Source: Lepidodermella squamata
Lineage: Eukaryota > Animalia > Gastrotricha
Assembly: GCA_047495785.1 (NCBI GenBank)
Contig: JBLDXI010000042.1
Location: forward strand, 682,001 to 746,000
Direction: 5' to 3'
Length of the DNA stretch: 64,000 bases
Below the pieces are notes generated by a model. It was not told the DNA's origin. It ran no database searches and saw nothing but the letters and a program-made list of their open reading frames with translations. Below are positions 37,958-48,711 of this stretch, piece after piece (position 1 is the stretch's first letter; each line of letters starts with the position of its first letter). A program made the translations under genes and the position numbers.

Positions 37958-39034
37958 CTAAAATGAATCAGGATAGAACGGTGCGTTTTTGCTAATATAT
38001 TCAACCCAGTCTTTGCCCCACGATTGACTAGAATACTGAACAGTGAACGACTCTTTTCCAAACTTCGCTTTGCATAGCTCCTCGTTGAAATCAGGCGAAC
38101 GGCCCTCGCAAACCCTGCCAATATCCTCAGATTTCTGCGCCCAAGAGTAAGGCTGTAGTACCTTCGATGGGAATACTTTCAAATCGTAGATATCACTTGA
38201 GACCTTTTTCGGCGAGGCGTCGGTATCAACCCCTGTCATTTGTTTGGAAGTAGCCATATAGGTCTCAATTGCGTTGAAAAATCCTATGGGGCCAGTTACG
38301 AATTCGGGTTTCGTCCCGGGTAGTGGGAACTTTTTCCGCTGGTAAAGGAATTGGGATAAGGCGATCGAAAACAAAAGATGGCCAGGTTTCGCTAACATAA
38401 TCGAAGCTGGTAGAAAATGTTTGCTATGCACATCTTTGTACTCATCCATCATATAGCCCAATAGAACAGGCTTCTCGGCTTGATCGATCAAAGGATCTAT
38501 AGGTTGAAGGGGTTCAGTATCGAGATCAGCGTACATCCCGCCGTATCGATGCATGTAGAGAATACGGCTAACGTCAGATCGCATTACGCCAACTTGAAGC
38601 TTGTCGTAAAACTCCAAATACCAAGGATAGCCGCGCTGTACCAGTTTCCTATTCATTTCATCCGTCCAGAGGACATGCGTCCAATGCGGGTGCATTTTCA
38701 TCCAATTCGATCGGTATTTCGTATATTTTTCCGGCAATGTGTCGTTCGTTTTCCAGGTTTGATGTAGGATTTTAGGAATTTTCGAAGAATTTTTCGCAGC
38801 TACCCGGATTAACAAGGCGTCTAATTCGTCGAATTCTTCATCACTTTGGCAAGAAATCGGCTGTTGCGCCTCGGTTGTAGTTCTGCTAATGTTTCCATTA
38901 ACCACATGGACTTCGATATGACTTCCCCAGCTTAATCGATGACTTTGCTGGCCGAAAATGAAAGCAGAAATCAGGAAACCAATAGAAAAACTAGCTAATA
39001 CTGTGAGCAGTGAGACCAGTGGGGGCGCATTCAT
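37958..39034 (-). CDS. GT32 (DXD) glycosyltransferase, SUR1/OCH1-like, type II membrane, intronless
   Basis: N-terminal TM anchor, IPKILHQTWK, RSDVSRILYMHRYGGMYADLD, TGP motif; single 358-aa ORF. Confidence 0.92.
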   Translation of the reverse strand: MNAPPLVSLLTVLASFSIGFLISAFIFGQQSHRLSWGSHIEVHVVNGNISRTTTEAQQPISCQSDEEFDELDALLIRVAAKNSSKIPKILHQTWKTNDTLPEKYTKYRSNWMKMHPHWTHVLWTDEMNRKLVQRGYPWYLEFYDKLQVGVMRSDVSRILYMHRYGGMYADLDTEPLQPIDPLIDQAEKPVLLGYMMDEYKDVHSKHFLPASIMLAKPGHLLFSIALSQFLYQRKKFPLPGTKPEFVTGPIGFFNAIETYMATSKQMTGVDTDASPKKVSSDIYDLKVFPSKVLQPYSWAQKSEDIGRVCEGRSPDFNEELCKAKFGKESFTVQYSSQSWGKDWVEYISKNAPFYPDSF

Positions 39035-39802
39035 TTATTTACGAGCATGAAAAGTTTTTCGCATGTAATGTTGCAAAGCTCGGTGCATTAAAGTCGCTTA
39101 CTTACACACACATGTACAAACACACGTATTACGAATTTAAGCGGCTTTTGTTAAATATTTTATGCGCCGTGACACGTAGTAGTAAAGTAATGATACTAAC
39201 GGCATTAATAATATAGCCGTAGCGTTGATAAATATACAGGTTGATAAATACAGTGCTGGTCAGCTGGAGTCTCGTGGTCATCTCGCAATTTCCGCTCTAC
39301 CTAAAAATGGGAAAAACTTGAAAAGGACCAGGAAAAGGTTTACTGTTGGGTTTTCCGTATTCTTTCGCCTATAACCAACTTTCCAACTGTTTTCGTGTGA
39401 ATTCGCAGGGAAACACATTATGGGAATAACTGTAAGGTAAAACTGTCCTTCTACAATGTATATTCTTCTCTCGTTGTAGTCAGCCTTTAAGATTATTTCT
39501 TGAGGAAATGTTCGCCACGGCATGGAATCTTTTTTATTAATTATCAGGGTAGTTGAACGGCTTTCATCAAATCTTCATCGGTAGGGCATTATAAATTAAA
39601 AGGACTTCAGGTTGTGGGAGTTATGGACAAGGCTTTCAAACTATTTTTACGAGTAATTGAAGGAATGTGTTGATTCATACGGTTGAATGATTTCCTTATA
39701 AAATTAACGGAAAATTAAAGATTTACTCACTTCTTCTTCTTGTTTAGGTACGAAAAACTGGGAAACAACATTAAATAATCAGATTTTGAGCATTTTGAGC
39801 AT

Positions 39803-41221
39803 TCATTTTACTAGCAGGTCGTCAAGTCTTGGCCAGATAGGCGCTACGTACGAGAGCTGACCAGGATACTTGTAATCAACGGGTCTCATCCTCGCCCAAT
39901 CAGGTTGATCAAAATCTTCGAGATAAAACAGTTTGCTCTGATTTTTCATGCATTTCCTATAATGCAATTGAGCTCTGAAACGAAACAGCATTCTAGCGAT
40001 CCATTTGTGGCCGCGAATGATTGGACAACCGCCGTGGCTAGTCTGCTCGTGGAAGATTTCATCCCGCTTCATGTTGTACCAAAACAGACCGGCGCCTTTC
40101 TCAGCTTCGAAAACAATATCCAAAAGCTGGAAAAAGGTTTGCCCGCCTTGCTTGACGTCGTTGAAGTAGATTAGCAGTGTAGCTAATCGATCACCGTGTT
40201 CCGCGTCAATCTCTGGTTGGATTTTGTCGTAGTGGGGCAGAAAATGGCCCAGGGCCTCATACGTATTAACCTAAAGAAAAAAATCCAAAAAATATTCAAC
40301 GAGCTCAAATATCCTAATTTTACCTGGTATTTCTCTGTTCCTGTTAAGGCGTCCATGCCGAAAATTGCTCCTATCCTCCTCGTCACATTCAGCATTCGAT
40401 CAGTCTCAAACTGAGCGTAGCGACTGAAGCGCACAGAGGCATCAACAATGTACTGGACCTTGCCATCTTTCAACGCGTTATATCCAACCGGTTTCAGGTT
40501 AGGCCTTGCGAGTTCCATAAACCCATCTATCGCTTTCTGCCTCAGCAAATCGTGGATTACAACAATAAGTGGGTCTAGACTGAGAACTTCTTCCCGAGCC
40601 GGTGAGTAGGTTAAAAGAGGGTGCCTGTTCCTATCCGCGAACCTACAAAACAATTTCGGATCTTCGTAAAGTTTCTTGAGGTTCGCCTCTTTCCGACAAA
40701 TTTCGTAATCAGGAACCTGCAGAACTTTTTCAGCTAACTTTGATTTCTCCGCATTTGTTAGTTCCTCCAGAGATTGAGCTGGCGTCTGAGAGTGGAAAAT
40801 CAGACCTTCGAATGTTGAACCCAGACTGTCTTACCTGAAAAATTTGTGCTGCAAGTTGTTCGGCATTGTAGTCCCTCCGACTTAGTACAGTATCTTTATC
40901 GCTTTCCGATAAGTTTCCCCCATCTTCGAGGATTTTATCAATGTACTGTATAGCCTCCTCGTGCAGTTCTAAGACACCCGCAAGCTGTGATAGTGTGTCA
41001 AGAAGTTCGATGTAGCTTATTTGAGATTTATGGCCATTCTCAATGGCTTCTTCATGAAGGCGCATGGCTAGTTTCGCTGCTTCGTAGCTGTCATTGTACC
41101 GTTTTTCTCGAATCAATGATTGAGCGCGAGAGAGAAGTTGCTGCTCGTTCTCTTTTTCGAATGATGTTGTTACAGCTAATAGATTATAAGCTAGAAATAA
41201 AAATGCAGTTAAGCTTCTCAT
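39803..41221 (-). CDS. Prolyl 4-hydroxylase alpha-like 2OG-Fe(II) dioxygenase (~415 aa)
   Basis: Exons 41221-40835, 40716-40324 and 40270-39803 join in frame. Signal peptide, TPR-like region, EEVLSLDPLIVVIHD, HYD..RLATLLIY..GGQTFF..FWYN..HGGCPI..KW. Confidence 0.9.
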
Positions 41222-41714
41222 ATTACATATTAAATGCGTTATGAATGATAGCTTATGCCTTAATATGTGAGGGGTGTTGTCATCACGGCGAGAAAATTAC
41301 ATGCACCTAACACCCTAATTGAGTCATGACAACGAGTATCAATATAATGCTTCAAAACAAAGGAAGGGATAACACATACCCTGTTGTTAACCGAATCCCG
41401 ATCACCGGTAAGGTCATTCAGGATGTGTCTAAATTACAGACAAGTTAGACTACAGGTTTAACGCGGAGCTTTCTTTCAGGTGGAATTTGAAAATCGGCGA
41501 TCATTGCGGAACTCCAAGGCAGCTTCCGACAGGGGAGTAGCTAGGATTTGCTTTTTTCGGGCATCAAAAGCATATAACCCAGCTAACCAAAAGTGGTCAC
41601 CAGTTACACCAGTTAAACCAACCTTTAACGCATTTTAAGCCAAATTTTAGCTTTTCAGTTTCTCGTAAAAATCAACTCCAATAATTCAAATATTAATTTT
41701 TGAATTTTGAGGTA

Positions 41715-41900
41715 CCGTATTTCATCCTACCTCAAATAATGAACCCCCTCGAATTACAGCTCCAGAAATATGCTCCAGTAGCCCACTAACTAATAATCGC
41801 CCATCCCATCCCCACAGTTAAAAGCCCCCTCGAATAATTTCCCGATTTTTTTCATTTTTTCGAGTTCGGAAAAAAATCGCTATAATTCGATAAAATACTG
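41715..41900. mobile_element. pogo/Tigger-like MITE
   Basis: TA-CCGTATTT...TTCGATAAAATACTG-TA; internal sequence shared with 20113-20607. Confidence 0.7.
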
Positions 41901-42209
41901 TAGGTACTTCGAGGCGAGCTAATTTTGTCTTAAACCCCAAAACTACTTAGTTCATGGCCAACATTTATATAGAACGCGCGACAATTTTCACTGTCTGAAA
42001 ATAGGCCACTACGCGAATACACTTCGTGCGTGAAACATAACGATATAGAGTAAAGCTAAGAGACATAACGCGCGCATGCCAATCCTCTTGGCACTCTCAG
42101 ATGAGAAAGCCTTAGGCGATTAGACGGGCTTTTGTACACATGTGCTAAAACAAGTGTGCCCTCACTCTTGCAGGACGATTCCTGATTTCTGCTTCCATAC
42201 TTAACTTAG

Positions 42210-43202
42210 ATGAAGCCTTCGCTTCCAAAAATAGTTGTGACTGTCATTTCCGTAATGTTAATAGCGTTTTTCATGTTGAAGCAGCAAACAGGCTCAGACA
42301 AAACTTGTCAAAGCAAATCTAATAATCAATTCGACGAATTGGACGCAATGCTACTACGAGCAGCCACAGCAAATTCTTCGGAAATTCCTAAAATCCTGCA
42401 TCAAACCTGGAAATCGAAGAAATTGCCGCCAAAGTACGATAAATACCGGTCGAATTGGATGAAAATGCACCCGCGTTGGACGCATGTCCTCTGGACGGAT
42501 GAAATGAACAGGAAGCTGGTCCAGCGGGGCTATCCTTGGTATTTGGAATTTTACGACAATCTTCAAGTTGGCGTAATGCGATCTGACGTTAGCCGTATTC
42601 TCTACATGCATCGATACGGCGGGATGTACGCTGATCTCGATACTGAACCCCTTCAACCTATAGATCCTTTGATCGATCAAGCCGAGAAGCCTGTTCTATT
42701 GGGCTATATGATGGATGAGTATAAAGGCATGGAGAGTAAACACTTCCTACCGCCTTCGATTATGCTTGCTAAACCGGGCCATTTGCTGTTCTCATTGACT
42801 TTGAGCCAAATTCTTTACCAAAGGAAAAAGCATCCGCAAACTGGAACAAGACCTGAATTCATAACTGGCCCTATCGCGTTTTTCAACGCAATCGAGACTT
42901 ACATGGCCACATATCAGCAAATAACGGGAGAGAAAACGGACGCTTCGCCGAAAACGTTATCCAACGACATTTACGATCTCAAGATTTTTCCATCAAAAGT
43001 TCTACAGCCGTACTCATGGAAGCAAAAATCTGAGGAGATTGGGAAAGTTTGCGAGGGAAGTTCGTCTCAGTTCAATTCAGACCTGTGCAAGTCGAAATTC
43101 GGGGCAGAATCTTTTACTGTTCAGTATTCTAGCCAATCTTGGGGCTCGGACTGGTTGAAATTTTCGAAAAACCATGAAACTCACAATCCCGAATCGTATT
43201 AA
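42210..43202 (+). CDS. GT32 (DXD) glycosyltransferase paralogue, intronless
   Basis: 330-aa ORF with TM anchor, IPKILHQTWK and GGMYADLD; inverted paralogue of 37958-39034. Confidence 0.92.
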   Translation: MKPSLPKIVVTVISVMLIAFFMLKQQTGSDKTCQSKSNNQFDELDAMLLRAATANSSEIPKILHQTWKSKKLPPKYDKYRSNWMKMHPRWTHVLWTDEMNRKLVQRGYPWYLEFYDNLQVGVMRSDVSRILYMHRYGGMYADLDTEPLQPIDPLIDQAEKPVLLGYMMDEYKGMESKHFLPPSIMLAKPGHLLFSLTLSQILYQRKKHPQTGTRPEFITGPIAFFNAIETYMATYQQITGEKTDASPKTLSNDIYDLKIFPSKVLQPYSWKQKSEEIGKVCEGSSSQFNSDLCKSKFGAESFTVQYSSQSWGSDWLKFSKNHETHNPESY

Positions 43203-43284
43203 AGTTTCGAATTTTTCAAAAAATATTTGCGATTCTCCATACAAAATGTGTTTTACATATTTTATTTCTGGTCTTTTCATGCAA

Positions 43285-43827
43285 TTAAACCGAGCAGGCT
43301 TTCGAAAGGACTTCTTCTAGCTTTTTATCACCATGCTTCTTCACCCATTCACAGCTCGAATATTTCTCGCTGTCCGTACTCGAGAAAGCACACTTCGCCC
43401 CAACATCAGCATTATGCTTCAACAATCCTGTCACCATTGAATATCGCTTGAGAAAAACTGCCCGGCAAAGTGCGGTTTTCGTGCCGTCTAAAATGAAACC
43501 CCGAACATCAGCCCCGTCTTTAATCGCTTGTTTTGCCTGCTCCACGTTTTCAGCATCGATCGCTGCGATAAGGGCTTTGTTAGCGTTTATCTGGGCTTGG
43601 GAAACTGTCGTTGTAGTAGCGGCGTGTGTTGTAGTGACGTTCGCGTCATGCATTGCTTTATTCAATAGCCGCTTCATGCCGCCTTCCTTCATCAACGCAA
43701 AGCCAGTAGAATCTAAAGCCAAGGTTGAGAAAGCTTCAGTACCTCAAGATTTTGGACTTTGGATTATACCTGAAACGAAAAGGGCGAAAACAGCAAATCC
43801 AGAAATGAAAACCAGTTTGTTAGACAT
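43285..43827 (-). CDS. Putative secreted ankyrin-repeat protein (~161 aa)
   Basis: Exon 1 (43827-43770) encodes MSNKLVFISGFAVFALFVS; 57-bp GT-AG intron in frame; Thr-rich stretch; ankyrin-like ALIAAIDAENVEQAKQAIKDGADV and TALCRAVFLKRYSMVTGLLKHNADV. Confidence 0.75.
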
Positions 43828-44238
43828 GTTTTCCTACTACATAAGCTGTGGAACGAATAATACGAAATCAGGAAGATCTCAACGAGCTGAACTATAGAAC
43901 AACAGCTGTTTGAAGGATTCGTGACTTGCATCCTGGAATGAAAAGTAACATCAGCCTAAATCACGCTTCTACCTTAATATAATCTGATTCACTGCGGTTC
44001 GAAGGAGAGCGGTAATTTGTTTGCCAAATCTATGGCGGGATTCGCTTTCGATTCATTTTGAGTTTAACAAGTTCTTACGCTAGCGATATCATCACTTTAG
44101 CGTCATTACCAATGTATGCCTCCTCCTCCTCCTAATATTTGATCAGCTGCGCGAAAATCTTTCGAGTTAATGACTCTCCCCATATAAAAAAATTCACACG
44201 CTACAACTCTCAGCTAAAATATTCAGCTTTTTTACAAA

Positions 44239-44688
44239 ATGATTTATCAGATAGCAAGCTTTCTAACTATCACTGTCTCGGTCTATTGCGAGGTTGTTCC
44301 AGGAATTTCTTCTGATACATCGTTCGACCCATGGTTACTAGAATTTTTCAACTACACGGAAAGATTCGGCTCAGATGTCCTAGCTCCATATGCTAAGCAT
44401 GACGTAACATCAGCCCTAGCCTGCGAGGCTGTATGCCAGGCGAAAAATTGGCAATTTTCACGATATTTCGAGCCCCTTCAACTATGCGCCTGTCTCCACT
44501 ACAACCCGTTGAAATACCGAAGGTTTTACACTCGTGAAGAGTTGGAATGCAAGAGGCATTGCGACACCATTGAACTGCCTTACCACCTGGAACAAATCGA
44601 GGGAGACGAGGAAGTGAAAAAGCTGTACGAAGGATACAGCAGATGCGAGTGTTACTTCAACGAACAAGACAAACCCCGAGGTTTATAA
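44239..44688 (+). CDS. Small secreted Cys-rich protein, PAN/apple-like motifs
   Basis: Signal peptide, two CxxxC...CxC units (CEAVC..CAC; CKRHC..CEC), AATAAA just after the stop. Confidence 0.7.
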   Translation: MIYQIASFLTITVSVYCEVVPGISSDTSFDPWLLEFFNYTERFGSDVLAPYAKHDVTSALACEAVCQAKNWQFSRYFEPLQLCACLHYNPLKYRRFYTREELECKRHCDTIELPYHLEQIEGDEEVKKLYEGYSRCECYFNEQDKPRGL

Positions 44689-44884
44689 TGTATTTCATTA
44701 ATAAATCATGATTTTCGGTAATTTTTGTGGTTTTTGGTTTTCTCAATTTTTTATCTTTTGCTTCGAAAGACGAAAGAGAGGGTGTGACTATCAACAATCC
44801 TGATAAAATATTTTCCCCATGAATCCTTATCAGTTTGTGATAAGAAAGGATGATGCCTAAAAAAAGAGGTTATCTTCCTCGTTT

Positions 44885-46147
44885 ATGCCATTTCGGCTAA
44901 AAATGAACATCCCACTAACAAATTACAGCCAATGGGAGCTGATGGCCTCAAGCGATTTCGGCCAAGTGAAGCTCACCCATTACACGCCATTTTTCACTAT
45001 TTTTATATGGATCATGATACTTCTCTCAGCCCTTTTGATAATCCCCTACTTTTTCTACGCAATATGGCATCTGTGGACCAGAGACCACGACGGGGCCTAC
45101 GACACGATAAGTTCCCACTGTGCCGACCCTAATCGGCCCTCCCATCGATTCCTACTTGCTACAACCTGCGTTGTAAGCCTCTGCCTAGCGGCTCTCTACG
45201 TCGAAGAGTACAACAGCAGAGATCAAGGCGATTTGCTGGATCGCTTCATTTTCTGGTGTGACGTAATCACAGCACTTATGCTACCCCTGATCGGGATTTT
45301 CCATTCAGACGGAGGTGGTAGAATTCGGAGATACGACTGTTTCTGCCTTGATCTACCAATTTGGGTCAGTAATGGCCTGCACGCCCTTGGAACTATGGCT
45401 TTCGCTGTTAGCAACACAGTGAATAATTTGATTTGGCTGCTTTTTGAGCTGGACCAGAGCCATAACGATATCAAGCCAGCTCTACTCACCCTGAGTGTTG
45501 TAACCATCGTTTTCGCTGGGACTTTCGTCCTACTTCAAATTTTAATCAAAGGAATCCTCAAAAAATCGACCTGGTGTATGACTAATTGGTATACAAAACG
45601 AATTTTCTATAATGATGTACCAAAACGGGTCTATCCATTTCGTAAGGAGGTCAGGTTTCAAGATTCTTTCGAAAAAATTCCGATCTGGAAGAATCGAAGT
45701 GATGACCAGCATTTCATTGAGATTAACTACGACCGGCAAACCTTGATTTATGGAATCATGCCGGAAATCCACTCAAGGCCTCATTTTATCATTCATTGCT
45801 GCAAAAAGAAGCGGCCATCCACGACTCGGCCGACCTCAGTTGCGGATGAAGCTGTAGAAATCAGTGTAGATTCTGTCAATAATGAAGTGACTGAAGTTAT
45901 CGAAGAGGAGGAAACGCTACTGGTGAAGCTAGACCCAGCTTCGCGGGGCAAGGTCGAGCATAACTTGAGGATTTCTGACAAGAAATTGGTGGTTGATCGA
46001 GGCTGGCGGTTGGCGAGTTTCACGTGTGAAGCGATAACTGTTGTGCTGATCATAGCTTCGGCTGTTGTAGAGACAGTATGTCGAAATCCTAATGTTAAAG
46101 TAACATGGCAGTGCTTACTTTTCGCTGATTGCACTGATTCAAATTGA
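44885..46147 (+). CDS. Multi-pass membrane protein, Frag1/DRAM/Sfk1-like
   Basis: About 6 hydrophobic segments, YDTISS, LPLIGIFHSD, LHALGTMAF, long cytoplasmic loop before the last TM. The true start may be an upstream mini-exon (about 44850) or Met at 44942. Confidence 0.65.
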   Translation: MPFRLKMNIPLTNYSQWELMASSDFGQVKLTHYTPFFTIFIWIMILLSALLIIPYFFYAIWHLWTRDHDGAYDTISSHCADPNRPSHRFLLATTCVVSLCLAALYVEEYNSRDQGDLLDRFIFWCDVITALMLPLIGIFHSDGGGRIRRYDCFCLDLPIWVSNGLHALGTMAFAVSNTVNNLIWLLFELDQSHNDIKPALLTLSVVTIVFAGTFVLLQILIKGILKKSTWCMTNWYTKRIFYNDVPKRVYPFRKEVRFQDSFEKIPIWKNRSDDQHFIEINYDRQTLIYGIMPEIHSRPHFIIHCCKKKRPSTTRPTSVADEAVEISVDSVNNEVTEVIEEEETLLVKLDPASRGKVEHNLRISDKKLVVDRGWRLASFTCEAITVVLIIASAVVETVCRNPNVKVTWQCLLFADCTDSN

Positions 46148-47146
46148 ATAAACATGCAGAATTTTTGTTAAATTTCGGAAATGAAGACTAGGGATTGGAA
46201 CACTGCCCACTTTGATGACATTTATTTTCATAATTCGCAAATAAAACTCAAATTTTCGCCGCTAATTTGTGGATGGAAACGATAGAGGTTCGATTCCACT
46301 CAGGCACACTACAATTTTTTTGTTTTTGCTGCGCAGAAATAATTTGCATAAGCAAGAGTTGCATGTAGCAATGGTTCGCTTCATTCCAGGACCCGGCGAA
46401 AATTTTTTTTCCTCTTCCAGTTATCGCTTCTCGGCCTTTTTGGCTATGATCAAAGTGTCAATAAAAATTCGGAGCGTGCCAAAGTGTAGTATCTGTTCTT
46501 TGTAGTTTAATATCTACAACGGCCTCCATGTGGGGCCTACGATATTAGCCCGATTTTTGGCTAGCCGGGCGGGAGCAGCCAGCTTGCTGGACCCCGTCCA
46601 CGTGTCGGCCCGGTATTGCAGTACCTCCGGGATTCACCTGAAAAGGGGAATGAAACTAAAAACAAAGCACTTGTCTCCTCAACATGTCAACTCAACATTT
46701 AGCAGGTTGAGAACATGGTTCAATTGTCTTACGGTATTCAAACAAGCCTTGAAGCTTGAGAACTATTAGTGAGATCACGGTAAAAATATTCGCTATTCTG
46801 TGTTGATTCTATCGTTTGAAAAGTTAAACAATCAATTTCGAAGGTATTTTCAAAATTTGGGGTTGCCAATACGTAGCAAAATGCATGAGGCTCTGGATAT
46901 CATTGAGGTGGATCCTGAAGCACCATCGAATTTATAGATTTTCCTACCTATTTGATAGGAATTAATTAGTTCAGCGCCCAAGCACGGAAAACGCCAATTT
47001 TGTTGAGCTTTTCTTAGAAACTGATTAAGAATTTAAAAGCTAATGAATTCAGATTTTTCAATTCATTCGCGAACTCGTTTTCGAGGCTCGTATCGGTTTC
47101 CTGTCATTTCATTACTTTTAATTTCACTTTAATTCAAGCTTTTACC

Positions 47147-47437
47147 ATGCAGAATAAAGTTGTTACTCTTATCGCAGTGATATTCTGTCTCGCTGTTGTG
47201 GCAAGTTGTTTCGATTACGACGATCAATTCGATTCGCTTCAACCTGAGACGTCACCGCCATCGCCGAGTAAGTGATACCGCAATGACTGTCAATCTATTT
47301 TACGCGAATTTTACACCATCATAGATGCTGGTTCAACAACAACTGAAAATACACTGAAACCAGACACTCTTGAAAACATTATTAACAAAGTCGTCCCATA
47401 TATCACGAGTTTTATGAAAAAGTTTCGAATTTTTTAG
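47147..47437 (+). CDS. 77-aa secreted prepropeptide, possible amphipathic antimicrobial/cytolytic peptide precursor
   Basis: Exons 47147-47267 and 47325-47437 (gtaagt..atag intron, in frame): MQNKVVTLIAVIFCLAVVASC-FDYDDQFDSLQPETSPPSPNAGSTTTENTLKPDT-LENIINKVVPYITSFMKKFRIF*. Confidence 0.7.
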
Positions 47438-47880
47438 AGGTAGAATAGACCTCCCAGGCTGTTTGTTCTTCGTACATTTGTTGAAAGTTTTCTGAAGGGT
47501 CAAGCGACGGCTTTCCGGTAGTTGATATTACCTAAAAACTTTTCCTTAATTTAATTGAGTTGAATTCAGTTATATTGTGATGGATTGCAATCAAACCTTA
47601 TCTATTGCAATCTATTGTAATCTGTGCCAATATAGCTCCAATTATTCAAATAAATATGTTCTCTGGTGGTGGAAAAACAAGCGATCGATTCGCAAGAAGC
47701 AATCCAATTGACTATCAATAATCAATAGCCGCATCTTGATGAAAAGACTTTCAGCGGGAAATATCGACGAACGTAAGGGCGAATGTCATACACACATCGC
47801 GCCGTTTTTCAGCTAAATCTGTGCAACATTGGAATATCCTTTCAATTTGTTTTTGAATACTTGCTTGCTAATATATGACT

Positions 47881-48500
47881 CTAGTCAAGCATTTTACGTA
47901 AATAATAAGTCAGAACTGTGATGCCAACCACAAGAGAAATAATGCCTACCAAAAAATCGGCGAATCGGATGCATTACACGCCGCCTCTCACCTTTTTCCA
48001 CAGCAATCGTCTACCTACCGACATTTTGCTAACCGAGCAGCAAATCAGCGTGTATATAGTGATGACGACGCAAACTACCATGAAAATGATGACTAAGTTG
48101 ATGAGGTAAACCTCCTCAGAAGTTCTAGGAATCAACGAGAAAATAAGACTCAATAGCACAGCAATAGCCAAGTTCACAGTGACACAGAACGCTGGCCTGT
48201 CCGGATGGCGAGGGTTCATGAACAAGCCGGATATTTGCAGGATGTATAGAGTTATAGTCGGCACGAAGACATTACCAACATAGTAAGTATGCTTCCGCTT
48301 CAGTTTCTGTGTAAGAGTTACATGGGGCGATCCACCGACTGGGAAAACTGTTCCGTTATAGCTAACCAGCGACCATGTCGAATGGAAATTTCGTGTATTT
48401 GAAGCCGAAACACATTGAAGTGAACGAGCGTACGCAGTAAATCAGGAAATTTGGCCCGGGGACGCGGAAAGGCCTGACTTTGATGAAAGACTCACTGATA
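47881..48500 (-). pseudogene. 3' duplicate of the Cys-loop receptor gene
   Basis: Highly similar to 57911-58640, with a deletion and frameshift after FPFD and CAA>TAA in GGVQ. Confidence 0.9.
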
Positions 48501-48711
48501 ACTTCTTTTTTATTTCCTTTTACTAGTGCGGAAAATAATTTGGTGAATATATTATAATAAATATTATTGTCATGTAAATTGTGCATAGATTCAATAATAA
48601 TATCTATGAGCCAAATGAAAGGCAAACGTTACGAAGCTTTTAGATAACTTCTAAACTAGATAATTGTTTTTACAGCATGCCCCAGGGATTAGGTAAGTCC
48701 ACTATAGCATT

